From: a virus
Lineage: Duplodnaviria > Caudoviricetes
Reading direction: 5' to 3' (one strand)
IMG/VR virus record: IMGVR_UViG_3300008255_000292
Coordinates: 1 to 34,597 of that record
DNA: 34,597 bases
Part shown: positions 8,715-17,053 of the stretch, piece by piece
Numbering within the stretch: the stretch's first letter is position 1
Layout of the letters: every line of letters starts with the position of its first letter
The notes under the pieces: model-generated
The model's database searches: none
What the model saw: the letters and a program-made list of their open reading frames with translations, nothing else
What the model was told of the DNA's origin: nothing
Translations under genes and position numbers: made by a program

Positions 8715-8998
8715 GCCGCATACAGATTTCCCCCTGCCCGGTATGTCAGAAGAGGCTGCGTTCACCACATCCTAATGCCCCGTTTTGCACGTTGCGTTGC
8801 GCTGGAGATTGGGCGGTAATCTCAGGGTGGGCTGAACTCGCACGGGCACGGGCGGCGCTGGAGGAGATGGTCACGCTTCTCCAGCGGTCTATCCGCTCGA
8901 ACGGAGTGGGCAGGGGCAGCTATCTTGTTTCTAAGTGGAATGGGCAAGAAGCAATCTACAAGGCCCGCACCGCACTCGGGAAGGTGTCCGATGTATAA
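8711..8998 (+). CDS. small Zn-finger protein (CPVC...FCTLRC, YacG-like spacing)
   Basis: Treble-clef-like Cys pattern; coupled start. Confidence 0.6.
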   Translation: MSRIQISPCPVCQKRLRSPHPNAPFCTLRCAGDWAVISGWAELARARAALEEMVTLLQRSIRSNGVGRGSYLVSKWNGQEAIYKARTALGKVSDV

Positions 8999-9635
8999 CT
9001 GCGGGACCGACCAGTTGAGGACGTTGTTGTTGGCGATAGTGCTCGTCGTGGCCATTACTGTAATTGCCCTTTGTACTGTGGCTGCGTATGACGCTTTTGC
9101 CACCGGTCCCTGTTCGCCAACTACCGTCGCTCTCGACGCCGACGAGCGACAGTTCCTCGTTCTCTTGAACCAATACCGGGTGGCGAACAGCGCTGGTCCG
9201 CTCAGCGTGTCACCAGGCCTCACGCGAGCGGCAGCGTGGATGGCCGAGGACCTAACGGCGCACAACTATTTCAGCCACATCGACACGCTCGGGAGGCTCC
9301 CGTGGGACCGGGTGCTCGGCTGCGGATACCCGTCACAAAGTGTCGGCGAGAACATCGCGGGCGGTACCGCTTCCGCCGCTGGTGTGTTAGCTCAGTGGAA
9401 ATCCTCACCGGGACACAACGCCAACATGCTCAATCCCAACTGGCGCGTGATCGGTATCGCGCGCGTGCCCGGCGGCGTGTATGGAGGATGGACCTGGGTT
9501 ATCGACCTGGGTATCGTCAACGATGGCGAGGCGTTGCCATCTTCCTCCACCCCGCCTTCGACGGCAACACCCCGCCTCACACCGACGCCCGTCATCCACC
9601 GGCTGTTTGCGCCTGGACTTGCGAGGGACCGATGA
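8991..9635 (+). CDS. secreted CAP/SCP-domain protein with Pro/Thr linker and C-terminal tail
   Basis: Signal-like hydrophobic N-terminus; LLNQYR, YFSH, GENIAGG, WKSSPGHNANML motifs; start moved from 8925. Confidence 0.88.
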   Translation: MYNCGTDQLRTLLLAIVLVVAITVIALCTVAAYDAFATGPCSPTTVALDADERQFLVLLNQYRVANSAGPLSVSPGLTRAAAWMAEDLTAHNYFSHIDTLGRLPWDRVLGCGYPSQSVGENIAGGTASAAGVLAQWKSSPGHNANMLNPNWRVIGIARVPGGVYGGWTWVIDLGIVNDGEALPSSSTPPSTATPRLTPTPVIHRLFAPGLARDR

Positions 9636-9880
9636 CGATGGAACCCGCCCTGTTTGTCTGCATCATTTGTCGCCGAAAGTGGCCCACACCATTGGACGCG
9701 TGTCCGTACTGCGAAGCCACGCGAGGCGTGGAGGACCCGATCAAGGGTACGGGCGACTGGCGACACTACTGCGATAAGATGCTGGGCCATCCAATCATCA
9801 CGCCCCACCTCGCACCGTGCATTCTCTGTGGCAAGCGTCAGGACGACCCGACGCTCATTACGAGGTTCGAGACACGATGA
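9632..9880 (+). CDS. small Zn-finger protein
   Basis: ATGA overlap; CIIC, CPYC, CILCG. Confidence 0.65.
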   Translation: MTMEPALFVCIICRRKWPTPLDACPYCEATRGVEDPIKGTGDWRHYCDKMLGHPIITPHLAPCILCGKRQDDPTLITRFETR

Positions 9881-10080
9881 AACGCTGGAAGATCGTATAT
9901 GCCTTGCCCGGCTTCGGCGCGGATGAATACCACTGCTGGCCGCTGATGCCAACCCTCTTCTTCGATTACGAGATGGACGCGATCAGGGTGGTTGCGCTGA
10001 TGGAAAGCATCTTCGCCGGAAAGTGGGAGTTCCACGTCGTCAAAGAAGAGCAGTCGATGGTGGTAGGGCGGGCTCGATGA
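9877..10080 (+). CDS. hypothetical protein
   Basis: Coupled overlaps on both sides. Confidence 0.6.
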   Translation: MKRWKIVYALPGFGADEYHCWPLMPTLFFDYEMDAIRVVALMESIFAGKWEFHVVKEEQSMVVGRAR

Positions 10081-10925
10081 CCCGCCTGTATGACTCCATG
10101 TTCAGTTGGGACCAGGCGTCCGTAACCGCGAATGGCGACCGCGCACACGCGCGCCCTCGTCACGTCACGTGGGACCGGGCCGGGAACGACGGTCCGTACC
10201 GGGTTGCGTGGTTTACGGATGGCCGAGGGTTGGGGAAGTCCGGCATCCCGCTACAAGTCAAGTGGCTGCTGGAACCGCGCAACCTCCATCCTGAGAATTT
10301 CACGTCAGCCGCGCTCGAATATTTCGACGTCATCTACACCCACGATCCAGATATCCTCGGCGACAGCCGTGCCCGCGCGTACCCGCTCGGAGGGACGCGC
10401 ATTCACGAGTCTGACTGGGGCGGGAACGTGACCGGGTTCGATGCTCCTATCTCAATCATGGCATCGCCGAAGCGTGGTCTTCCTGGGCACGCCCTGCGGC
10501 ATGACCTCATCGCACGTTGCGCCACACGTCCCTGGCTCACGGCGTACGGTCCTGAGTACACGCCCTCGTCGAAGCACGCCATGCTTGCCACGTCGCTGTT
10601 CCACGTTGCTATCGAGGCGGTTCGTTCCCCGTTGTTCTTCACGGAACACTTGATTGATCCCATGCTCATGCTGAACGTCCCGATTTACTGGGGCGCGGAC
10701 CGGAGCGTGCTTGAATCCTATGGCTTCGACCCCAGCGGAATCATCTTTGTGCCGGACATCGCTGAGCTCGAGGAGGTTATCGACGATCTCTCGAACGAGC
10801 GCAACCGGCGTGACTTCTACGTTCGCAACCGCGACGCCGTGAGGCATAACTTTCATATAGCGCACGCCTACACCTGCACCGAGGACTGGTTGTGGCGTCG
10901 GGACTCGAGCCTGTTCGATGACTAA
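10077..10925 (+). CDS. GT10-like (fucosyltransferase-type) glycosyltransferase
   Basis: FHVAIEA....FFTEHLID....VPIYWGA resembles the GT10 motif (F.IAIEN...Y.TEK..D....VPIYWG). Confidence 0.75.
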   Translation: MTRLYDSMFSWDQASVTANGDRAHARPRHVTWDRAGNDGPYRVAWFTDGRGLGKSGIPLQVKWLLEPRNLHPENFTSAALEYFDVIYTHDPDILGDSRARAYPLGGTRIHESDWGGNVTGFDAPISIMASPKRGLPGHALRHDLIARCATRPWLTAYGPEYTPSSKHAMLATSLFHVAIEAVRSPLFFTEHLIDPMLMLNVPIYWGADRSVLESYGFDPSGIIFVPDIAELEEVIDDLSNERNRRDFYVRNRDAVRHNFHIAHAYTCTEDWLWRRDSSLFDD

Positions 10926-11295
10926 GATTCGCGAGGCCCTCTGGAGGTTGCGGCATTGGGGTTATGTTCATCGTTTCGATGAGGGAAATCCTAATCCCTA
11001 TCGTTGCCCGTGCTGTCAAAAAGCCATTGTCTTGAGTGAAGAACATAATACCCATTGGTTCTCGTTGGGGTCCGGGTACGCGATCTGTTCTACCCATCCC
11101 GATAGCTTCCCATTCCCTGTACGACGGTGGGAGCACAGTGGGAACTTTGTAGAAACCGTGCCGCTTTCGTCCTGGACTCCTGAAGCTAAGTCAAGCTGGG
11201 CAGCAAACACGAGCAAGAGTATCCTTATTATTTGCGGGGTCCCATACCCTCGTTGGGCCATGAGGTTGGATAGGTGTCGTGACCATCTACGTTGA
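10918..11295 (+). CDS. hypothetical protein
   Basis: Fills the gap between two recognisable genes; CPCC motif. Confidence 0.5.
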   Translation: MTKIREALWRLRHWGYVHRFDEGNPNPYRCPCCQKAIVLSEEHNTHWFSLGSGYAICSTHPDSFPFPVRRWEHSGNFVETVPLSSWTPEAKSSWAANTSKSILIICGVPYPRWAMRLDRCRDHLR

Positions 11296-11530
11296 CGAGG
11301 CGGTCAACCCCTGGCGCGGGCACATGTGGGCACACCTTGTCTCGGACGAATCGATCGAGGAGCTCCAGCGGTTCGGGGATAGCATTGGGCTCAAGCGCCA
11401 CTGGCTTCAAACCAACCACTACAACATCACGGCCCGCAAGCGTAACTGGGCGATCAAGCTCGGTGCGGTTCCCTTGCCCCGGCGCGACCTTGCCCACCTC
11501 GTATTTGAGAAGTATCGTCGATTGACTTGA
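11279..11530 (+). CDS. DUF4031-family protein
   Basis: IYVD...W.HLVSD...EL..F...IGL.R.W.Q..HY.IT...R..A...GA. Confidence 0.8.
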   Translation: MTIYVDEAVNPWRGHMWAHLVSDESIEELQRFGDSIGLKRHWLQTNHYNITARKRNWAIKLGAVPLPRRDLAHLVFEKYRRLT

Positions 11531-11569
11531 CAGTTACGCCTCCAGCACTTATGCTGATATCGAAGGAGG
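11523..11569 (+). promoter_or_regulatory. TGACTTGAC promoter + RBS, copy 6
   Basis: TTGACA(11527)-N17-TATGCT(11550); GAAGGAGG at 11562. Confidence 0.8.
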
Positions 11570-11576
11570 TAAGGAC

Positions 11577-11771
11577 ATGGATATGAGCTTCAAGTGTATG
11601 GAGTGCGGACGGAAGTTCAAGACGGCCCGCGCTGCCGAGAAGGCTGCATGGGACGGGTGCCCTGGGTGCGGCGGAGCGGACATCAACATGGACCCGGACC
11701 CGACTCCAAGCACAGTTCCTGGCTGGGCAGAGCCTGGAGCATTTTCGATGACGAAACCGAAGGGGGCCTGA
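11577..11771 (+). CDS. small zinc-ribbon protein
   Basis: CMECGRKF...CPGCGG.DI. Confidence 0.75.
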   Translation: MDMSFKCMECGRKFKTARAAEKAAWDGCPGCGGADINMDPDPTPSTVPGWAEPGAFSMTKPKGA

Positions 11772-11772
11772 C

Positions 11773-11997
11773 GTGAAGACCAACGGCTACGTCCGAGGTA
11801 AGAACGTCCAGGTACACCTCTTCTCGCTCGAGTGCGGGCGTTGCGGCTCGAGCCTGACATCCGAGCGACAGGGGTCATACGACCTGAGTCTCGGTGACGA
11901 TTTCACACTCGACGGCAAAGGTGATTACCAGCGCGCGTGCGAGTACTGCGGTGCCCGCGTCAGTGTGCCTCATGCCCTGATGCCATTCTTAGTCTGA
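11773..11997 (+). CDS. small zinc-ribbon protein
   Basis: CGRCG...CEYCG. Confidence 0.7.
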   Translation: MKTNGYVRGKNVQVHLFSLECGRCGSSLTSERQGSYDLSLGDDFTLDGKGDYQRACEYCGARVSVPHALMPFLV

Positions 11998-12008
11998 AGG
12001 AGGATCCA

Positions 12009-12194
12009 ATGAACGCGCCAACAATCTGTTCTGGTACAGGTGCCCCGCCCGCTCGTCTCGTGCCTGTCGTCTTCACTTTCAAGAAGCAGCGTACCTATGG
12101 GCACAATGGGATCTGTCCCGTATGCGGAGCCGAGTGCAACATCATCGCTTATGGGTCTGGGCCGCGCATTCTTGGGCATGAGGCGCAGTCATGA
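12009..12194 (+). CDS. small Zn-binding protein
   Basis: GAAGGAGG RBS; CSGTG...CPVCG...H. Confidence 0.7.
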   Translation: MNAPTICSGTGAPPARLVPVVFTFKKQRTYGHNGICPVCGAECNIIAYGSGPRILGHEAQS

Positions 12195-12346
12195 CCGCCC
12201 CGACCAAACCCCACACCTGCGACTGGACGATGCCCGACGGCCATCCGTGCGGTGCTCCTGTTGTACAGGGGAGAGTCCTTCCCCAAGGTCAACTGATGTA
12301 CTGCTCGTTTCACTGGCGGGTACGGGAAAGGCCGAACACGCGATGA
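12191..12346 (+). CDS. small C3H-type protein (51 aa; not in the ORF track)
   Basis: MTAPTKPHTCDW...PCG...YCSFH; ATGA overlaps at both ends. Confidence 0.6.
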   Translation: MTAPTKPHTCDWTMPDGHPCGAPVVQGRVLPQGQLMYCSFHWRVRERPNTR

Positions 12347-12747
12347 CCCTCGACGGCAAGCAGGAAACGAACATACCCAACCGCTACGACACGCAACCGG
12401 AGGCGAGTGCTGCCCTTGCGGAGGGTGCCCATTGCCGTTGCGGGGGCACGCTCAAGCTTCACCAGATCAGCGGTGCGTACTGGCTGCTGTGCATGAAGCA
12501 TCCTGCACATCGGGGCGTACGTGTGCCTACCGCGTGGCAATGCCCGATCTGTCACACTACCCATCCCTCGTTTGTGCCATTCCCTGATGGCACGATTGAG
12601 GACGACGCCGTGCGGCTGCGGCTCATGGACTACTACCACCTGGCGGATACGTCCTGCCCGCGTTGTGGTATCCCACCGTCTACCTCTCCGCTTGCCCACG
12701 GAGGATTCCCTGGAGTCCCGCAGTCCATCTTCGATCATCTAGACTGA
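12343..12747 (+). CDS. Cys-rich hypothetical protein
   Basis: Start moved from 12040; CRCG, CPIC, CPRC. Confidence 0.65.
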   Translation: MTLDGKQETNIPNRYDTQPEASAALAEGAHCRCGGTLKLHQISGAYWLLCMKHPAHRGVRVPTAWQCPICHTTHPSFVPFPDGTIEDDAVRLRLMDYYHLADTSCPRCGIPPSTSPLAHGGFPGVPQSIFDHLD

Positions 12748-12778
12748 CTTGACATTCTCAGTATCGCCCTGATATGGT
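12745..12778 (+). promoter_or_regulatory. TGACTTGAC promoter, copy 7
   Basis: TTGACA(12749)-N18-TATGGT(12773) with extended -10 TG; GAAGGAGG further downstream. Confidence 0.7.
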
Positions 12779-12820
12779 GACCACGAACGCGCCGGTGCGC
12801 GCACCACGAAGGAGGACTCA

Positions 12821-13069
12821 GTGACAGTCTCAACTACAATCAGTCCGAGGGAGTACGGTTTCGTGCGAAGCGACCCCGCTGCTGTCAGGATCTGTACTCG
12901 GTGCGGCTCCGGCTACGAATGGCGGAAGTCAACCTCCGGCCTCAAGATGACATACTGCGGCGTCTTCTGCGAAATCGGCGAGCTGGGCTTCTGCCTTGAG
13001 GCGCTGGAACGGGGAACGCCGTCAATTATCGCCCTGGCCGCGAAGGTGGCCGAGGCGGTGCCCGCATGA
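12821..13069 (+). CDS. small Zn-finger protein
   Basis: GAAGGAGG RBS; CTRCG...YCGVFC. Confidence 0.7.
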   Translation: MTVSTTISPREYGFVRSDPAAVRICTRCGSGYEWRKSTSGLKMTYCGVFCEIGELGFCLEALERGTPSIIALAAKVAEAVPA

Positions 13070-13377
13070 CCACCGAAGACCGTCCCGGCGCTGGGCGTCC
13101 CGGCGTACCATTCACCTTCATGCCCGCTCGACGTGACCGGATCGTCGAGCTTGCCCATCCGAACAACCATAGCCGCGCCGAACTCATAAACTACCTCGGC
13201 GGCGTTGATTCGACACAGCCTGCGGGCTATACGCCACCGACGCGCGAGGATCTCATCGCCGCCGTCCGTTTACTCGGGCGGAAAATACATCAGCGGGACC
13301 TTGTGCTCCAAACGATCCGCTCGTCGACGGAACAGTTCGCCCGCATGGTGGACGCGGAAACGGGGTCGCGGTCATGA
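13066..13377 (+). CDS. hypothetical protein
   Basis: Coupled overlaps. Confidence 0.65.
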   Translation: MTTEDRPGAGRPGVPFTFMPARRDRIVELAHPNNHSRAELINYLGGVDSTQPAGYTPPTREDLIAAVRLLGRKIHQRDLVLQTIRSSTEQFARMVDAETGSRS

Positions 13378-13457
13378 ACGACTGGCCGATCTACATCTTG
13401 TGTGTCCTCTTCATGGGCTACGTCGGCTGGCACGTCCTCGTGGACATGGTGCTCTGA
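13374..13457 (+). CDS. 27-aa single-pass membrane peptide (not in the ORF track)
   Basis: MNDWPIYILCVLFMGYVGWHVLVDMVL; ATGA and TGATG overlaps. Confidence 0.5.
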   Translation: MNDWPIYILCVLFMGYVGWHVLVDMVL

Positions 13458-13600
13458 TGAGCTGGACCGCCATGCCCGCCGACGGATGGGCTGATACCCT
13501 TGAGCGCGACCTTTGGTTCGACGCCAACTGTCCGCACGGTTGCGCACTATATGTGATGGCACTCGAGGTGGCTATCTCAATGGCTGAGGGGAAATCATGA
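13457..13600 (+). CDS. small hypothetical protein
   Basis: Start moved from 13205; coupled at both ends. Confidence 0.5.
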   Translation: MSWTAMPADGWADTLERDLWFDANCPHGCALYVMALEVAISMAEGKS

Positions 13601-13974
13601 TCGGACCGGGGGAGTACATCGAGTACGAGCGAACGTGGGAAACCCTCGCCGGGGATCGGTATGGCGTCATCAAGTTCCGCAACCGCAAGCGGTACATGCT
13701 CCACCGCTCCGTACCCGGACGTTTGTACGTGCTCGCTTACTTCAAGGACATGGCGCGAGCGATGGAGTTCATCGAAATCATGGAGCGGTTAGTGAACGTT
13801 CCGTTGCCGGTGGCGACGGGAGGGAACGATGTCTCTCCGGTGCGCGAGCCAGGATTTCGTAGCATGAGGGCCTCGTTCGAGTGCCCGTGGTGCAAAGAAC
13901 CGACGTTCGGACCGGAGGGACTGCTGTGCGTGCGGTGCTACAAGCTCTATAAGAATCCAGCCGAATTGACTTGA
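13597..13974 (+). CDS. hypothetical protein with C-terminal Zn finger
   Basis: GAGGGG RBS; CPWC...CVRC; stop inside TGACTTGAC. Confidence 0.7.
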   Translation: MIGPGEYIEYERTWETLAGDRYGVIKFRNRKRYMLHRSVPGRLYVLAYFKDMARAMEFIEIMERLVNVPLPVATGGNDVSPVREPGFRSMRASFECPWCKEPTFGPEGLLCVRCYKLYKNPAELT

Positions 13975-14013
13975 CACTTAGCTCTAGACCCTTTACGATC
14001 GTGGTGAAGGAGG
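13967..14013 (+). promoter_or_regulatory. TGACTTGAC promoter + RBS, copy 8
   Basis: TTGACA(13971)-N17-TACGAT(13994); GAAGGAGG at 14006. Confidence 0.8.
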
Positions 14014-14019
14014 TCAAGA

Positions 14020-14739
14020 ATGACTACGGGAACCACGACCAGCTCCATCGACGGTGCGCGCGAGCTCTTCGCCCTCGCCGCCAAGCAGCCCGGATTCAAG
14101 TTCGACAACAGTCACGTCACGGATATCCCCGGATTCGCCGAACTAGCCGACCGCTGGCTGCAGACAACCAAGAGCACCTTCGCCTTCGTGATCGACGTGC
14201 AGCGGGCGGTAGCCCGCTACGGCTCGATGACCGACAGCCAGGCGCGCGGAATCCTGAACGTGATGCTCGCCGAAGCACGGCGGGCAACCGAACGGCCCTA
14301 CGAGCCCATCGACCTGAGCGCAATCAACGCCTTCTTCTACCGGGTGAACCCGAAGCTGAAATGGCCGAAGGTGAGCCTGGCCCTGCCCGACGGGACGCCA
14401 GTGACCATCCGCCCGAAGACCTCGGGGATGCACGCGGGCGCGGTTGAAATCACTGGGGCCGAAGAATGGAACGAGCGCTTCGGACGGTTTGCCCCTCACT
14501 GGTACGGGCGCATCGAAACCGACGGGACCGTGACCTACGGTAAGGGCTGGAACACCATCGAGGCGCTGGCCAAGGCCTTCGCTGAGGACCCCGCCAAGAC
14601 CGCCAGCGAGTATGGGCGGCTTACCGGCAACTGCTGCTTTTGCCGCTTGCCCCTGAGCGACCCGAGGTCAACCGAACAAGGATATGGCGAAATCTGTGCC
14701 TCGAACTGGAATCTGCCGTGGGGCAAGAAAGCGGCCTGA
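14020..14739 (+). CDS. DUF6011-domain protein
   Basis: C-terminal G..TGNCCFCRLPLSDPRS...GYGEICA. Confidence 0.8.
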   Translation: MTTGTTTSSIDGARELFALAAKQPGFKFDNSHVTDIPGFAELADRWLQTTKSTFAFVIDVQRAVARYGSMTDSQARGILNVMLAEARRATERPYEPIDLSAINAFFYRVNPKLKWPKVSLALPDGTPVTIRPKTSGMHAGAVEITGAEEWNERFGRFAPHWYGRIETDGTVTYGKGWNTIEALAKAFAEDPAKTASEYGRLTGNCCFCRLPLSDPRSTEQGYGEICASNWNLPWGKKAA

Positions 14740-14789
14740 CGCAATGGCGGGGGAGCGGACCCGCCCCATTCCTCTGAAAGGAGCTTCCC

Positions 14790-15101
14790 ATGAAGCAGGA
14801 AATCGTCAATCCCGAGAACCTCATCGAAGTCCCGAAGCCCCAGCGTAAACACTACCACGTCATCAGCGGGATGCGTGGCTACATGCCCGACCGCAACGAG
14901 GTTAGCCTTACCCGGCGCGAGGCGGAGCAGGACGCGCGTATCTTTGCAGAGGAGATTCGCGACGACGAGAACGTTGAGTCTCGCTGCGTGCGCGGTTCGG
15001 CGTCAGCGGGCTGGTACGCTATCACGGACCGGCGCGCGGGCGTCGAGTACATCGAAATCACGTCCTGTACCATGCCCGATTGCCTGGAGGACACGCCGTG
15101 A
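14790..15101 (+). CDS. hypothetical protein
   Basis: AAAGGAG RBS; 103 aa. Confidence 0.75.
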   Translation: MKQEIVNPENLIEVPKPQRKHYHVISGMRGYMPDRNEVSLTRREAEQDARIFAEEIRDDENVESRCVRGSASAGWYAITDRRAGVEYIEITSCTMPDCLEDTP

Positions 15102-15394
15102 AGAAGTATGTCCTGTACTCCCACGGCCTTGCTGGGCGAGCGGTGAAAGCCAGCGGCAACGGGACCGGCTACGTTCAGTCGTATGACCCGGACGCTAACG
15201 GCGGGCGGGGGTCCGTCGTGTTCACGGTCCACGCTTACGAGGCGCAGATTTTTGACACATCCGGGGAGGCGCTCCTCGCTTGGCAGCGCATTCCAGAAGT
15301 CCGTAAGACGCGCGAGGACGGGAAGCCTAACAGGCCTCTGACAGCGTTCCACATAGAGATCCGTCCCGTTGAGGAAAAAGACCCTCGGCCATGA
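15098..15394 (+). CDS. hypothetical protein
   Basis: GGAGG RBS, GTG overlapping the upstream stop; RxDGKPNRPLTAF motif. Confidence 0.75.
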   Translation: MKKYVLYSHGLAGRAVKASGNGTGYVQSYDPDANGGRGSVVFTVHAYEAQIFDTSGEALLAWQRIPEVRKTREDGKPNRPLTAFHIEIRPVEEKDPRP

Positions 15395-15490
15395 CTCTTA
15401 CTTGGACATAGCCACCCGCCTACAACAGGTTCCCGGTGCGCGCAGAAATTGACGTGCTACACCGGATTTCGTGTTATCGTACCCTCGATC

Positions 15491-17053
15491 ATGCCTTCAG
15501 AACTCGGTAACGGCGTCGAGAAGTCCTTCGACGCATCTGTTCTCAAACATACCATCCAGCAAGCGCCCACCGGCCAGGGAGCGTTCTACAACGAAGCTGC
15601 GACGGCGCTTTTCTTCGTGGCCCAAGCCGCTGATGAGATCACGGCTTGGGGTACAGCAGTCAAACTTCGCGACCAGCAGCTACGCGAGTTCATTACGGCG
15701 GAGCCCCTGTTCGCCTCCGCCCTCGGGATCGTCTGTTCCCGCAACGCGGCCTTCTCGTGGACAATTGAGGGACCGCCCCGCGCAACCGCCAGGATGCAGC
15801 GCGTTCTCGCCTCGGCCAACTTCGGGCGCGGTTGGGCAGACCTCATGGCGAAGGTCAGCGTTGATTTGTATACCCAAGATGCAGGTGCATTCGTCGAGGT
15901 GATCCGCGACGGCGATTCGGAGTCCGCTGCGGTTATCGGCCTCGCTCACCTCGACTCTCTGAGATGTTACCACACTGGCCTTCCCGAGACGCCGGTCGTG
16001 TACCTCGACCGCAATGGTGCCTACCACTACCTCAAGTGGTTCCAGGTGCTGACACTTGCTGAAATGCCCGCCACGTACGAGGGCTTGCCAGGTATTCAGT
16101 ATTGTGCTTTGACGCGGATGCTGCGCGCCGTGCGTATCCTCCGGGACGTTTCTATCTATCTGTCCGAAAAGATCGGAGGAAGGAACGCGCGCGCGGTGAC
16201 GCTGGTCAAAGGCGTTACCCCTGCTCAGATTGAGGAGGCCTGGGGGCAGGCGCGCGCGAAGCACGACTCGGCGGGATTCCTCCGGTTCAGCCAACCAATC
16301 ATGATCGGCGCGGTTGACCCGAAGTCGGACCTCGGCTTCGAGACGCTCGAGCTCGCGTCCTTGCCGGACGGGTTCGACCTTGACCTCACGTTCAAGCAGT
16401 ACGTCGCGCAGATTGCGATGGCGTTCACGTCCGACTACCAGGAGTTCGCTCCGTTGCCGGGCGGCAACCTCGGTACGTCCAGCCAGTCCGAGATTCTCCA
16501 CCTCAAGACGCGGGGCAAAGGTCCGGGCCTGTTCATGAAACTTATCGAGCAGGCGATTAACTGGACCGTGTTCTCGGATGACATGGAGTTCAAGTTCGAC
16601 GAGGCGGACCCCGAGGCCGACCTCTCGCTGATCAACGTGTCGAAGCTGCGCGCCGACGAGCGCGCCGTGCGCATCCAGTCAGGGGAACTGACGCCCGAGG
16701 CCGCGCGTCAGATGGCTCACGAGGCTGGAGACCTTTCCACGGAGCTTCTCGAGATGATGAAGGCGCAGGACGTGGTGTCTGGTCTCACGGTTACGGATAC
16801 CAACCCGGCGGATACGGACGAGGTTCTTGACGAGACAACCGCGCCCGATACGCCCGGCGCGGGTGGCGTGACCGCGACGCCATCAGCACCCAACTCCAAC
16901 AAACCCGCAACCTTCGGGGCACCCAACACGAAAGAGAAGGACGCTCCGCTGCCTGTTGGCGACAAGCGGCTGCTCGTCGAGGACGAGGTTCAGGCGGCGA
17001 TCGAGCAGGCTTTCGAGGAGGCGTATGCCCGGCTGACGGGCGGCGTGGCGTGA
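15491..17053 (+). CDS. portal protein
   Basis: About 520 aa; DLYTQDAGAFVEVIRDG..VIGLAHLD and C-terminal GELTPEAAR are portal-type features; position in the head module; start set at ATG 15491, below a TGnTATCGT -10. Confidence 0.85.
   Translation: MPSELGNGVEKSFDASVLKHTIQQAPTGQGAFYNEAATALFFVAQAADEITAWGTAVKLRDQQLREFITAEPLFASALGIVCSRNAAFSWTIEGPPRATARMQRVLASANFGRGWADLMAKVSVDLYTQDAGAFVEVIRDGDSESAAVIGLAHLDSLRCYHTGLPETPVVYLDRNGAYHYLKWFQVLTLAEMPATYEGLPGIQYCALTRMLRAVRILRDVSIYLSEKIGGRNARAVTLVKGVTPAQIEEAWGQARAKHDSAGFLRFSQPIMIGAVDPKSDLGFETLELASLPDGFDLDLTFKQYVAQIAMAFTSDYQEFAPLPGGNLGTSSQSEILHLKTRGKGPGLFMKLIEQAINWTVFSDDMEFKFDEADPEADLSLINVSKLRADERAVRIQSGELTPEAARQMAHEAGDLSTELLEMMKAQDVVSGLTVTDTNPADTDEVLDETTAPDTPGAGGVTATPSAPNSNKPATFGAPNTKEKDAPLPVGDKRLLVEDEVQAAIEQAFEEAYARLTGGVA

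Noticed and set aside
9386-9420. TTAGCTCAGTGGAAA resembling a tRNA D arm
   Set aside because: Lies in the CAP coding frame (VLAQWKSSPGH); no T arm or acceptor stem nearby
14743-14770. GC hairpin after the DUF6011 gene as a terminator
   Set aside because: Imperfect stem with no U-tract and the next RBS follows immediately; more likely a stability or processing hairpin
15449-15490. TTG start for the portal, and similar TTG extensions at 5304, 6336, 13971 and 29851
   Set aside because: These TTGs are the -35 hexamers or lie upstream of the promoter; downstream ATGs fit better, and 13971-14447 is an off-frame ORF overlapping the DUF6011 gene
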